From assembly GCA_002722215.1 (NCBI GenBank), contig PBKX01000022.1:6815-58957 (forward strand): DNA of 52,143 bases. Reading direction: 5' to 3'. Source of the stretch: Flavobacteriales bacterium. Its GTDB lineage: Bacteria > Bacteroidota > Bacteroidia > Flavobacteriales > TMED113. The notes below the pieces were generated by a model. It worked only from the letters and a program-made list of their open reading frames with translations. It was not told where the DNA came from and made no database searches. This document shows, one piece after another, positions 36,655 through 46,884 of the stretch (positions within the stretch are counted from its first letter, which is position 1; every line of letters begins with the position of its first letter). The translations under genes and the position numbers were made by a program.

Positions 36655-38577
36655 ATGAGTAAAATAATAGGTATAGATTTAGGAACTACAAATTCTTGTG
36701 TTTCTGTTATGGAAGGTAATGAACCTGTGGTGATTCAAAACAGTGAAGGAAAAAGAACGACTCCATCTGTTGTTGCGTTTGTAGATGGGGGTGAAAGAAA
36801 AGTTGGTGACCCTGCCAAGAGACAAGCAATTACAAATCCTGAAAAAACTATTTATTCAGTGAAGCGATTTATGGGAGAAAAATATGATAATATAAAAACA
36901 GAATCTAAGTCTGTTCCGTATACAGTTGTGAAGGGTGATAATAATACTGCGAGGGTTAAAATTGATGACAGGGAATATACTCCACAAGAGCTTTCTGCTA
37001 TTATATTGCAGAAAATGAAAAAAACAGCAGAAGACCATCTAGGTACTCAGGTGAGCGAAGCTGTAATTACTGTGCCAGCTTATTTTAATGATTCTCAAAG
37101 ACAAGCTACTAAAGAGGCAGGTGAAATTGCAGGACTAAAAGTTCGAAGAATAATCAATGAGCCTACTGCAGCAGCGTTAGCTTATGGTCTAGATAAAAAA
37201 ACATCTGATTTAAAAATTGCTGTTTTTGATTTAGGTGGTGGAACTTTTGATATATCTATTCTGGAACTTGGTGACGGTGTATTTGAAGTGAAGTCAACAA
37301 ATGGTGATACACATCTTGGAGGTGATGATTTTGACTTATCAATTATAAATTGGTTGGCAGAAGATTTTAAAAAAGAAGAGGGTTTAGACTTAAGAGAAGA
37401 TCCCATGGCTTTGCAAAGATTAAAGGAAGCAGCTGAAAAGGCAAAGATTGAACTTTCTTCTAGTTCTCAAACAGAAATCAACTTGCCTTATGTAACAGCA
37501 ACATCTGCTGGCCCTAAACATATTGTAAAAACCTTAACTCGTGCTAATTTTGAAAAATTATCGGATACTTTAATACAGAGATCACTAGATCCTTGTAAAA
37601 AAGCTGTTAATGATGCAGGATTAAATCCAAGTGATATAGATGAGGTTATTCTAGTTGGAGGTTCTACAAGAATTCCAGCTATTCAAAAAGTGGTGAAAGA
37701 TTTTTTTGGTAAAGAGCCATCTAAGGGAGTGAATCCTGATGAAGTTGTTGCGATTGGCGCTGCAATACAGGGAGGGGTCTTAGCTGGAGATGTCAAAGAT
37801 GTTTTATTACTAGATGTTACTCCACTATCATTAGGAATCGAGACTTTAGGTGGAGTTTTTACTAAACTGATCGATGCAAATACTACTATTCCAACTAAAA
37901 AATCTGAAGTGTTTTCAACAGCCGCTGATAATCAGCCAGCTGTTGATATTCATGTTTTACAAGGTGAAAGATCTATGGCTAAGGATAATAAAACTATGGG
38001 ACGTTTTCAATTGTCTGATATTCCTCCAGCACCTAGAGGGGTTCCTCAAATAGAGGTGGCATTTGATATTGACGCTAATGGAATGATTAATGTTTCTGCT
38101 AAAGATAAAGCTACAAATAAAGAGCAGAAGATAGTTATTGAAGCTTCTTCTGGTTTAAGTGAAGATGAAATAGAAAAAATGAAAAAAGAAGCTGAATCTA
38201 ATGCTGAAAGTGACAAAAAAATGAAAGAAGAAGTAGATAAAATTAATACAGCTGATACATTAATCTTTACTACAGAAAAACAATTAAAGGAGCATGGAGA
38301 TAAATTGCCGGCTGAAAAAAAGAAATTAATTGAAGATGATTTAGCTGAACTTAAAAAAGTTTATGCTGATAAAAATTTAGAAGGAATTGATGTTGCGATT
38401 GAAAAACTAAATAAATCTTGGCAAAATGCTTCAGAAGAAATGTATAAAGCTACACAAGCTTCTGACTCTTCTTCACAAGGTAGTGGCTCTAAATCGGATC
38501 AAGATTCAAATAAACAAAGTGATGGGGATGATGTTACTGATGTTGATTTTGAAGAAGTGAAAGATGAGGGAAAGTAA
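36655..38577 (+). CDS. dnaK: Molecular chaperone DnaK (Hsp70)
   Basis: [29 protein letters not shown] and the acidic C-terminal tail. Confidence 0.98.
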   Translation: MSKIIGIDLGTTNSCVSVMEGNEPVVIQNSEGKRTTPSVVAFVDGGERKVGDPAKRQAITNPEKTIYSVKRFMGEKYDNIKTESKSVPYTVVKGDNNTARVKIDDREYTPQELSAIILQKMKKTAEDHLGTQVSEAVITVPAYFNDSQRQATKEAGEIAGLKVRRIINEPTAAALAYGLDKKTSDLKIAVFDLGGGTFDISILELGDGVFEVKSTNGDTHLGGDDFDLSIINWLAEDFKKEEGLDLREDPMALQRLKEAAEKAKIELSSSSQTEINLPYVTATSAGPKHIVKTLTRANFEKLSDTLIQRSLDPCKKAVNDAGLNPSDIDEVILVGGSTRIPAIQKVVKDFFGKEPSKGVNPDEVVAIGAAIQGGVLAGDVKDVLLLDVTPLSLGIETLGGVFTKLIDANTTIPTKKSEVFSTAADNQPAVDIHVLQGERSMAKDNKTMGRFQLSDIPPAPRGVPQIEVAFDIDANGMINVSAKDKATNKEQKIVIEASSGLSEDEIEKMKKEAESNAESDKKMKEEVDKINTADTLIFTTEKQLKEHGDKLPAEKKKLIEDDLAELKKVYADKNLEGIDVAIEKLNKSWQNASEEMYKATQASDSSSQGSGSKSDQDSNKQSDGDDVTDVDFEEVKDEGK

Positions 38578-38598
38578 AAGTTGAAAAAAATATTTTTT

Positions 38599-38630
38599 AA
38601 AAGGACTTCCTAGTGGAGTCCTTTTTTTTT
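38599..38630. terminator. Intrinsic terminator hairpin between convergent dnaK and dnaA
   Basis: aaaaggacttc / ggagtcctttt stem (one G-U pair, 5-nt loop) followed by T9 in the dnaK direction. The dnaA stop codon (38629-38631) lies in the T-run. The T tract is shorter in the dnaA direction. Confidence 0.75.
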
Positions 38631-40053
38631 AAGGTAGAGTAAATTTTTTCTCTAATTCTTGAACATATTGCCTAAAGTCTTTATCTGTGTCAACAAGATT
38701 GTTGACTGTTTTGCAAGCATGTAGAACAGTGGCGTGATCTTTTCCTCCACATCTTGCTCCAATATTTGCTAAAGAAGATTTAGTTAATTGTTTTGAAAAA
38801 TACATTGCAAGTTGTCTCGCTTGAACAATATTTCTTTTTCTTGTTTTAGATTTTAATGTATCAATAGATAGGTCAAAATAATCACAAACTACTTTTTGTA
38901 TATAATCGATAGATACCTCTCGCGTTGTATTTTTAACAAATCTGTCAATCATTTCTCTTGCTAATGCAATTGAAATTTCTTTTTTATTTAGAGAAGCTTG
39001 TGCAAGTAATGATATTAATGCACCTTCTAATTCTCTAATATTTGTTGAAATGCTATATGCTAAATACTCTAACACCTCATGAGCGATATCAATTCCGTCA
39101 GTATATATTTTCTTTTTTAGTATAGCAATTCTAGTTTCTAGATCTGGTTGTTGTAAGTCTGCAGATAGTCCCCATTTAAATCGAGACAATAATCTTTGTT
39201 CCATCCCACTTAAGTCTACAGGGGCTCTATCTGATGTTAGTATAATTTGTTTATTGTTTTGATGTAGATGATTAAAAATATGAAAGAAAATATCTTGAGT
39301 TTTTTCCTTAGACGAGAAAAATTGAACATCATCTATAATAAGCACATCTACCATTTGGTAAAAGTGAGAAAAATCATTACGTGTGTTATTTCTGATTGAT
39401 TCAATAAATTGTTGAGTAAATTTTTCAGCCGAAACATATAAGACTGTTTTTTCTGGATGCAATTCTTTGATTTTAATGCCTATTGCATGTGCAAGGTGTG
39501 TTTTTCCTAATCCAACACCTCCATATATTAACAGTGGGTTAAAAGATGTTCCTGCTGGTGTTTGAGCTACAGCAAATCCAGCTGATCTAGCCAATCTGTT
39601 ACATGATCCTTCAATAAAATTATCAAAGGAATAATTAATATTTAGTTGTGAGTTTATTTGAACTTTTTTTAATCCAGGAATAACAAATGGATTTTTGAAC
39701 TTTCTGTCTAAAGCTTGAATCGGGATAGAGTGGTTAGGATTGCTTTTAATTTTTTGATTTACGCTGGGTATTTCAACAGAGTATGGTGCTTTTTGGTCAC
39801 TATTTAAAATAATATTGTATAGTAGTTTTCCATCTGATCCTAATTCTTTTTTTATTGCGGTTTTTATTAGGTCAATATAATTCTCTTCAAGCCATTCATA
39901 AAAAAATTTACTAGGAACTTCAACAGTTAATATAGATTTTTTTAGTTTAATGGGTTTAATTGGCAAGAACCATGTTTCATAGCTTTGTTCATTAATATTA
40001 TCTTTAATAAAAGATAAACATTCATTCCAAACTTTTTCGGGGGTCAGCTGCAT
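38629..40053 (-). CDS. dnaA: Chromosomal replication initiator protein DnaA
   Basis: Walker A GGVGLGKTHL, Walker B LIIDDVQF, and C-terminal domain IV (RNIVQARQLAMY..GGKDHATVLHA). Confidence 0.97.
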   Translation of the reverse strand: MQLTPEKVWNECLSFIKDNINEQSYETWFLPIKPIKLKKSILTVEVPSKFFYEWLEENYIDLIKTAIKKELGSDGKLLYNIILNSDQKAPYSVEIPSVNQKIKSNPNHSIPIQALDRKFKNPFVIPGLKKVQINSQLNINYSFDNFIEGSCNRLARSAGFAVAQTPAGTSFNPLLIYGGVGLGKTHLAHAIGIKIKELHPEKTVLYVSAEKFTQQFIESIRNNTRNDFSHFYQMVDVLIIDDVQFFSSKEKTQDIFFHIFNHLHQNNKQIILTSDRAPVDLSGMEQRLLSRFKWGLSADLQQPDLETRIAILKKKIYTDGIDIAHEVLEYLAYSISTNIRELEGALISLLAQASLNKKEISIALAREMIDRFVKNTTREVSIDYIQKVVCDYFDLSIDTLKSKTRKRNIVQARQLAMYFSKQLTKSSLANIGARCGGKDHATVLHACKTVNNLVDTDKDFRQYVQELEKKFTLP

Positions 40054-40160
40054 TTGTGTTTATAAAATCCGTTTTTAAAATTCAATATAATTAAGCGGAA
40101 AACTTGGGCTTAGAAAGCACTTGGTCGCTATTAAATAAAACTTGTCGTAAATGTGTGAAG

Positions 40161-40208
40161 AAAAAAGTTTAAAAAAAAATTTTTTTACTATTGTTTTATA
40201 TTTTTTTT
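40161..40208. other. Extremely AT-rich tract upstream of dnaA (candidate DNA-unwinding element)
   Basis: 48 nt with only 3 G/C, including A9 (40171-40179) directly followed by T7, and a T8 run at 40201-40208. Confidence 0.25.
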
Positions 40209-40250
40209 AGCACTAAATTAAGAGCGATATAATAGAACGATGGTTCTGTG

Positions 40251-41339
40251 TTATAAACTTCGTTTATTTTGAATAAACACAAGCCGGTCATTTTCAATTT
40301 CCTTAGTCTTGGTAATTAATTTTTTATAATCTAATAGGGGGGCTTTTTTTCCTGACAGAAGTTTTTTGTTAGAGGTAAATATTCTTGCTTCGTCCCATAA
40401 ATTTTCTTCAATTAATTTTTGAATTATAATAGTCCCTCCTTCAATTAAAATAGATCTAACTTGATTTTTATATAGCATTTTCATGATATGAACTAATTTT
40501 TTGGATTCATTCATTTTTTGAATAGTCTTATTTGTTTGATAATTTAAGTATTGTATGTTTTTAGTTATTTTGTTTTTTGACTCATTGAGTATTATGGTTT
40601 TTGCATCATTGTTAAAAATATTCCATTTCGATTTTTCATTTAATTTATTTTTTCTATCAATGGTTATTCTTGTTGGGTTTTTTCCACTAAAATATCTTGT
40701 TGTTAATTTTGGATTATCACATGTTATAGTGTTTGTTCCAACCATAATTGCATCAACTTGGCTTCGCCATTTATGAGATAGTGTAATACTTTTTTGTCCG
40801 CTTATTTGTGTTATCCCTTTTGAATTAGTATTAATAAATTTATCTTTAGATTCAGCCCATTTTAATATAATGAAAGGTCTTTTTAAACGGTGATTGATAA
40901 AGTATTTTGCATTGATTTCTTCACATTCTTTTTCTAGAACACCAATTATTACATCTGTTTTTTCTTTTAGTTTTCGGTATCCTTTGCCATTCACTTTTTT
41001 ATTTGGGTCAAGAGTTCCTATAACCACTTTTTTAATTTTATATTTTATAATAAGATTGGCACATGGTGGCGTTTTTCCGTAATGTGAGCATGGTTCAAGA
41101 TTAACATAGAGTGTGGCTTCTTTTAGTATATTTTTATAATTCTTCGGGTAGTTTTTTTGTAAATCCTCTATTGCATTTTTTTCTGCGTGTGCCTGTCCAA
41201 ACTTTTTATGATATCCACTAGCGAGAATTTGATTATTTTTTACAATAACACATCCAACTAATGGATTTGTTTTAGTGTTTCCTTTACCTAGAATAGCTAG
41301 ATCTAAGCATTTTTTTATAAATTTCTTATGATTTTTCAC
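40251..41339 (-). CDS. ribD: Bifunctional riboflavin biosynthesis deaminase/reductase
   Basis: Deaminase zinc motifs HAEKNAI and PCSHYGKTPPC, followed by a reductase domain. Confidence 0.9.
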   Translation of the reverse strand: MKNHKKFIKKCLDLAILGKGNTKTNPLVGCVIVKNNQILASGYHKKFGQAHAEKNAIEDLQKNYPKNYKNILKEATLYVNLEPCSHYGKTPPCANLIIKYKIKKVVIGTLDPNKKVNGKGYRKLKEKTDVIIGVLEKECEEINAKYFINHRLKRPFIILKWAESKDKFINTNSKGITQISGQKSITLSHKWRSQVDAIMVGTNTITCDNPKLTTRYFSGKNPTRITIDRKNKLNEKSKWNIFNNDAKTIILNESKNKITKNIQYLNYQTNKTIQKMNESKKLVHIMKMLYKNQVRSILIEGGTIIIQKLIEENLWDEARIFTSNKKLLSGKKAPLLDYKKLITKTKEIENDRLVFIQNKRSL

Positions 41340-41374
41340 AATTCAAAAATAATCTAAATTATTGTATCATAATT

Positions 41375-42220
41375 ATGAATACTGTTACTTCTGTTAAGAA
41401 AAGGTTTATAGATACTTTAGGGCAAAATTATTCATTTCATGAACTTTCATCAATGTGGTCGCAGTGGGTTGTCAAAGAATTGTTAAATAAATCTAGTATT
41501 AATTATTTTTTGGAAGGTGATTTTATGGTAAGCGAGATAGATGAAAATTTAATTGATTCCCTTATTCTGCATTTATCATCATATAAGCCTATTCAGTATT
41601 TTTTTGGGTATTCATATTTTAAAAATTTAAAAATACAGGTAGACGCAAGTGTTTTAATTCCAAGGCCAGAGACTGAACAATTAGTAGATATGGTGATTGA
41701 TTATGTCAAAGAAAATAAAGTGTCTACAATTATTGATATTGGTACAGGTTCTGGTTGTATATCAATTGCAATAGGAAAAAAAATAAAATCTAACATTTTT
41801 GCAATTGATGTGTCTTCTCAGGCTATTGCAAAAGCAACTTCAAATTCAAAAACGCATCAGGTTGACATAGATTTTAAATTAATTGATATACTTAATGTAG
41901 ATTTATATAAAATTTTACCAAAAGTAGATTTAATTGTTAGTAATCCACCTTATGTTCTTAAAAGAGAGGTGCCCGAAAAATCTGTTGTTCATTCTGAGCC
42001 AAAACACGCGATTTTTGTTCCAGATGATGATCCATTAATTTTTTATAAATCAATTTTAAATTTTGCTAAGACTAACTTGAATAGGGGCGGTAAAATATTT
42101 TTAGAAATAAACCCGCTATTAGTTTCAAAATTAATAGGATGTATGTCAAAATATGGGTATTCTGATATTCAAGTTTGTACGGATTTTTATCAAAAAAAAA
42201 GATTTATAATTGTATCTTAA
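41375..42220 (+). CDS. prmC: Release-factor glutamine methyltransferase
   Basis: SAM motif IIDIGTGSGCI and the catalytic NPPY. Confidence 0.85.
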   Translation: MNTVTSVKKRFIDTLGQNYSFHELSSMWSQWVVKELLNKSSINYFLEGDFMVSEIDENLIDSLILHLSSYKPIQYFFGYSYFKNLKIQVDASVLIPRPETEQLVDMVIDYVKENKVSTIIDIGTGSGCISIAIGKKIKSNIFAIDVSSQAIAKATSNSKTHQVDIDFKLIDILNVDLYKILPKVDLIVSNPPYVLKREVPEKSVVHSEPKHAIFVPDDDPLIFYKSILNFAKTNLNRGGKIFLEINPLLVSKLIGCMSKYGYSDIQVCTDFYQKKRFIIVS

Positions 42221-42229
42221 TAAGATAAT

Positions 42230-44338
42230 ATGTCTATTCAATTAATTCAGCAAAAAATTCAAGAGTTAGAGGATTTATTAAATCATCATAATTATGCTTA
42301 CTATGTATTAGATGAGCCTACTATTAGTGACTTTGAATTTGATGAGCTAATGAATGAATTAATTTTATTAGAAAATCGTTACCCTGAATTGGCTAGTAAA
42401 TTGTCGCCAACCAAAAGAGTGGGGGGAGAACTTTTAGATAGATTTGAAACAGTTAAGCATAATTATCCAATGTTGTCACTGTCCAACACATATTCTAAAA
42501 GTGAGTTAGAAGATTTTGATCATAGAGTTAAGAAGAAAATAGGCGCAAAAAAAATTAATTATACATGTGAATTAAAATATGATGGTGTTGCGGTTACTCT
42601 AATTTATATAGATGGTTTATTCCACAAGGCTCTTACAAGGGGTGATGGTGTTTTTGGTGATGATGTGACTGAAAATATTAAAACAATTAAATCAATTCCA
42701 TTAAAACTATTTGGTGATCCACCATCTTTTTTGGAAGTGAGAGGAGAAGTCTTTATTGAGAAAAATATATTTAATAAAATCAATAATGACAGAAAGAATA
42801 AGCTAAATATACTTGAAAGAGAATATGCTAATAAAAAGCGTATAATAGACCAAGTAGACTTAAATAAAATAGAGAGACAATTCTTGGCAGAATCTAAAAA
42901 ACTTACACCATATTCTAATGCTAGGAATTTTGCATCAGGAACGTTAAAATTATTAGATAGCAAGAGAGTTGCAAAAAGGGGATTGAGCTGTGTGTTATAC
43001 TCATTGCATAGTCCAACATTACCATATGACAATCATTTTGATAATCTATTAGAAGCAAAAAAATGGGGATTTAATACTCCAAAAGATATTAAATTAAGTA
43101 GTGACATTAATACTATTATGTCATTTATTCAAAAAATGGAGCAAAAAAGAAAAGATCTACCTTTTGAAATAGATGGAGTTGTGATTAAAGTAAACAACTT
43201 AATACAACAAGATTTATTAGGTAGTACTGAAAAATCACCGAGGTGGGCTATCTCATATAAATTTAAAGCTTCGCAAGCAGAAACAATTTTAAATAGCATT
43301 ACATATCAAATCGGAAGGACTGGCGCTATTACTCCAGTAGCAGAACTCAATCCTGTCATTTTAGCTGGTAGCACAATCAAGAGGGCTAGTTTACATAATG
43401 AAGATTTTATAAAAAATTTAAAGCTTAAAATAGGCGATCATGTGATTATTGAAAAGGGAGGGGATGTTATACCTAAAGTGGTTTCTGTGAATTTTAAAAA
43501 AAGACATTTATTATGTGAAGATATTTCATTTATTGCTAATTGTCCAGCTTGTGGTTCAGAATTAAAAAGGTTAACTAATGAAGCTAATTATTATTGTCTT
43601 AATTCGGATAGTTGTGTGCCACAAAAAATAAGTCAAGTTGAACATTTTGTCAGTCGAGAAGCCATGAATATACATGCTTTAGGTACTAAGACGATAAAGT
43701 TATTGTTTGATTTATGTATTATTGAAAATATAGGCGATTTATATGATTTGAATCTCATGAAACTTACGGGTTTGCAGGGTTTTGGTGAAAAAGCACAGTT
43801 CTCAAAAAAAGCTCAAAATATTATAGATAGTATTAATGAATCTAAAAGTCAGAGTTTTCAGAAAGTTTTATATGCTTTAGGTATAAGGTATGTTGGAAAA
43901 ACTGTTGCAAAAAAACTTGTATCACATTTTTCATCTATTGAACATTTAATGGCGGCATCTTTTGAAGATCTTCTAGCCGTTGAAGAAGTTGGTGAAAAAA
44001 TTGCTAATAGTGTTTGTATGTATTTTAAAAGTGTTGATAATATTAAACTTATTCAAAGATTACAGAAAGCAGGCTTACTATTTCGTGTTGTTGCATCAGA
44101 TTTAAGATCGAACGTTCTAAATGGATCTTCGTTTGTTATATCAGGTGTTTTTTCAATTTCCAGAGATGACTTAAGAGAAATGATTGAGCAACATGGAGGC
44201 AGGAATCTTACTGCATTGTCAAAAAATACGAATTACTTAATAGTTGGTGAAAATTTTGGTCAAAAAAAAAGAGAGATAGCTTTAGCGCTTGGTGTTCCGA
44301 TTTTATTAGAGAAAGATTTTATAAAAATGATAGAATAA
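42230..44338 (+). CDS. ligA: NAD-dependent DNA ligase
   Basis: Adenylation motif CELKYDGVAV, four-Cys zinc finger (CPACGSE...CLNSDSC), HhH region and C-terminal BRCT. About 32 extra residues between EVRGEVF and NARN. Confidence 0.95.
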   Translation: MSIQLIQQKIQELEDLLNHHNYAYYVLDEPTISDFEFDELMNELILLENRYPELASKLSPTKRVGGELLDRFETVKHNYPMLSLSNTYSKSELEDFDHRVKKKIGAKKINYTCELKYDGVAVTLIYIDGLFHKALTRGDGVFGDDVTENIKTIKSIPLKLFGDPPSFLEVRGEVFIEKNIFNKINNDRKNKLNILEREYANKKRIIDQVDLNKIERQFLAESKKLTPYSNARNFASGTLKLLDSKRVAKRGLSCVLYSLHSPTLPYDNHFDNLLEAKKWGFNTPKDIKLSSDINTIMSFIQKMEQKRKDLPFEIDGVVIKVNNLIQQDLLGSTEKSPRWAISYKFKASQAETILNSITYQIGRTGAITPVAELNPVILAGSTIKRASLHNEDFIKNLKLKIGDHVIIEKGGDVIPKVVSVNFKKRHLLCEDISFIANCPACGSELKRLTNEANYYCLNSDSCVPQKISQVEHFVSREAMNIHALGTKTIKLLFDLCIIENIGDLYDLNLMKLTGLQGFGEKAQFSKKAQNIIDSINESKSQSFQKVLYALGIRYVGKTVAKKLVSHFSSIEHLMAASFEDLLAVEEVGEKIANSVCMYFKSVDNIKLIQRLQKAGLLFRVVASDLRSNVLNGSSFVISGVFSISRDDLREMIEQHGGRNLTALSKNTNYLIVGENFGQKKREIALALGVPILLEKDFIKMIE

Positions 44339-44366
44339 ATTCATAGTAAGTGTTACTTTAGACGTT

Positions 44367-44918
44367 ATGTTGCTTCAAATAAAATCAAAAATCCATTATT
44401 ATTTTTTAAAAAAACAATCAATTCAAAAAAGAAGATCTGGAAATATGGTAGTATTATCAGACGCTAAGAAGATTGGGGTTTTATTTGATGCCGATACTGC
44501 TGATTCGATAAAAAATGTAAAAATTTTATTAAAACATCTTTTAGATCGTAGTATTGATGTTGATGTTTTAGGATTTGTAAACAGTCGCAAAAAAGATCAG
44601 GTCCATATTGCTACACTTCATATTAATTATTTTAACTTGAGTGATCTCAGCCTCTTTGGCTTTCCGAATTCAAAGAAAACAACATCGTTTATTAGAAAAA
44701 AGTATGATATGTTAATAAATCTTTCTTTAAAGAATAGCTTTGAAACAAATTATTTGGCATTATTAAGTGATTCTCAATTTAAAGTTGGGCTTTATTGTAA
44801 TAATTCTGTGTTCGTATATGATTTGATGCTAAAATTAAAAATACAATCATTAGAATACTTCATTAAACATGTGATACATTACTTAGACTTAATTGATAAT
44901 AATCATGAGAAACAATAA
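44367..44918 (+). CDS. Hypothetical protein
   Basis: 183-aa ORF with no motif I recognise. Fills the ligA-dapA gap. The start could be the internal Met at codon 27. Confidence 0.35.
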   Translation: MLLQIKSKIHYYFLKKQSIQKRRSGNMVVLSDAKKIGVLFDADTADSIKNVKILLKHLLDRSIDVDVLGFVNSRKKDQVHIATLHINYFNLSDLSLFGFPNSKKTTSFIRKKYDMLINLSLKNSFETNYLALLSDSQFKVGLYCNNSVFVYDLMLKLKIQSLEYFIKHVIHYLDLIDNNHEKQ

Positions 44919-45804
44919 TTTAATTGGCACAGGTGTTGCCTTAATTACTCCATTTAATGAAGATTTTTCCATTGATTTTTCCTCATTAGATAATTTAATT
45001 AATCATTTGCTTAATAATAATGTAGATTACTTTGTAGTCATGGGGACTACTGGTGAGTCAGCGACATTGACTCTTGAAGAACAAGATGCAATCCTTTCTC
45101 ATGTAAAAAAAACAGTAAATAACCGTGTGCCTATCGTCCTAGGAGTTGGAGGAAATAATACGAATCAAGTTTTACATAGACTTAAATCTATAGATTTTTC
45201 AGGTATTGAAGCAGTGTTATCCGTTTCTCCATACTATAATAAGCCATCTCAGAAAGGATTGTTGACGCACTATTCACAAATTGCTGCAAATTGCCCAGTT
45301 GATATTATTTTATATAATGTGCCTAGTAGGACTGCGTTAAATATTGACTCTAGCACGATAATATCTCTTGCTAAGAAATACCCTAATATTATTGGCGTAA
45401 AGGAAGCATCGGGTGATATGGTTCAGTGTATGGATATAATTAGTCATGCCCCAAAAGACTTTATGATTATATCAGGTGATGATAAAATGACATTCCCAAT
45501 TATGTCATTAGGTGGTGTTGGAGTTATCTCTGTGCAGGCAATGGCATTGCCATCTATTTTTGTGAAAATGGTAAAGTTCTTGTTAGATAATAATAATAAT
45601 GAAGCTAGAAATTATCACTATCAATTATTAAAAACAGTTGATTTATTTTACATTGATGGTAATCCATCTGGTGTTAAGGAGGCTTTGTATTATTTAGGTT
45701 TGTGTAAATCTAGTCAGGTTCGACTTCCTTTGATTAAGATGGAGCTAGAAAATGCAAGATTATTACGTGATCTTTTACGGCATACATTAGGCAATAAAAA
45801 ATAA
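44905..45804 (+). CDS. dapA: 4-hydroxy-tetrahydrodipicolinate synthase
   Basis: GTGVALITPF, GTTGES and the Schiff-base Lys block GVKEASGD. The ORF is open from 44893; the start is placed at MRNNN. Confidence 0.9.
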   Translation: MRNNNLIGTGVALITPFNEDFSIDFSSLDNLINHLLNNNVDYFVVMGTTGESATLTLEEQDAILSHVKKTVNNRVPIVLGVGGNNTNQVLHRLKSIDFSGIEAVLSVSPYYNKPSQKGLLTHYSQIAANCPVDIILYNVPSRTALNIDSSTIISLAKKYPNIIGVKEASGDMVQCMDIISHAPKDFMIISGDDKMTFPIMSLGGVGVISVQAMALPSIFVKMVKFLLDNNNNEARNYHYQLLKTVDLFYIDGNPSGVKEALYYLGLCKSSQVRLPLIKMELENARLLRDLLRHTLGNKK

Positions 45805-45821
45805 TTTTTTTCGTTCCATTC

Positions 45822-45853
45822 TTTGATTGAATAATCATTATTTAATAGATTTG
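45822..45853 (+). promoter_or_regulatory. Candidate Bacteroidota-type promoter for the moxR-bat operon
   Basis: TTTG (45822-45825), a 20-nt spacer, then TAGATTTG (45846-45853, matches TAnnTTTG), 38 nt before the moxR ATG. Confidence 0.45.
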
Positions 45854-45891
45854 AAATCTCGTTAACTGATCAAAATAAAAATTAAGAAAAA

Positions 45892-46884
45892 ATGATAACA
45901 AAAGATATAGAATTAATAGATCAAAAAATCTCCAAAGAAAGTGCATTTATTGATGACTTGTTTTTAGAAATTAACAAAACTATTATTGGTCAACAACATA
46001 TGATAGAGCGTTTATTGATAGGCTTACTAGGTTCAGGGCATATTTTATTAGAGGGTGTGCCTGGTTTAGCAAAAACATTAGCTATTAATACGTTAGCTAG
46101 TGCTATTAAGGGTGAATTTAATAGAATCCAATTTACACCTGATTTATTGCCTTCAGATGTTATAGGAACATTGGTTTATAATATAAAAGCAGGTGATTTT
46201 ACTATAAAAAAGGGACCTATTTTTGCTAACTTTATTTTAGCTGATGAGATTAATCGGGCACCTGCCAAGGTGCAAAGTGCTTTATTAGAAGCAATGCAGG
46301 AAAAACAAGTTACAATAGGTGATGAAACTTATTTTTTAGATGAGCCATTTCTAGTTTTAGCTACGCAAAATCCAGTTGAGCAAGAAGGGACATATCCATT
46401 GCCAGAGGCTCAGACAGACAGATTTATGTTAAAGACAATTATTGATTATCCAAACAAGGATGAAGAAAAATTAATTATTAGAAATAATTTGACAAGTAAA
46501 AAATCAATTATTAAGCCTGTTGTATCTGTTAAAAAAATTCTTGATTCAAGAAAGTTGATTAATGAGATTTATATGGATCAAAAAATTGAAAATTATATTG
46601 TGGATATTATTTTTTCTACTAGAAATCCGGATGAGTATAATTTAAACGAATTAAGTAATTTGATTAGTTTCGGCTCTTCTCCTAGGGGAAGTATCAATTT
46701 AGCAAAAGCAGCAAAGGTGTATGCTTTTATTAAGAGAAGAGGTTATGTAATTCCGGAGGATGTGCGAGCGGTATGTCATGATGTCCTCAGGCATAGAATT
46801 GGATTGTCTTATGAAGCAGAGGCTGAAAACATAACAACAGAAGAAGTAATTGATAAAATTCTAAATACAATTGAAGTCCCATAA
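45892..46884 (+). CDS. MoxR-family AAA+ ATPase
   Basis: Walker A EGVPGLAKT, Walker B/sensor ILADEINRAPAKVQSALLEAMQE. First gene of the Bat-type operon. Confidence 0.9.
   Translation: MITKDIELIDQKISKESAFIDDLFLEINKTIIGQQHMIERLLIGLLGSGHILLEGVPGLAKTLAINTLASAIKGEFNRIQFTPDLLPSDVIGTLVYNIKAGDFTIKKGPIFANFILADEINRAPAKVQSALLEAMQEKQVTIGDETYFLDEPFLVLATQNPVEQEGTYPLPEAQTDRFMLKTIIDYPNKDEEKLIIRNNLTSKKSIIKPVVSVKKILDSRKLINEIYMDQKIENYIVDIIFSTRNPDEYNLNELSNLISFGSSPRGSINLAKAAKVYAFIKRRGYVIPEDVRAVCHDVLRHRIGLSYEAEAENITTEEVIDKILNTIEVP

Noticed and set aside
40207-40230. CIRCE-like half site TTAGCACT upstream of dnaA
   Set aside because: The partner arm (GAGCGATAT) matches only 6 of 9 positions, and the spacing is 6 nt rather than 9. 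It also lies upstream of dnaA rather than a chaperone gene, and the dnaK leader has no such element.
41340-41374. FMN riboswitch upstream of ribD (and of ribH at 12093-12104)
   Set aside because: The spacers are only 35 nt and 12 nt, far too short for an FMN element, and no conserved RFN-like sequence is seen.
42604-43032. 142-aa minus-strand ORF inside ligA
   Set aside because: It is antisense to the LigA adenylation domain, which has the KxDG motif in frame. It reflects the Lys/Glu/Asn-rich insert, not a gene.
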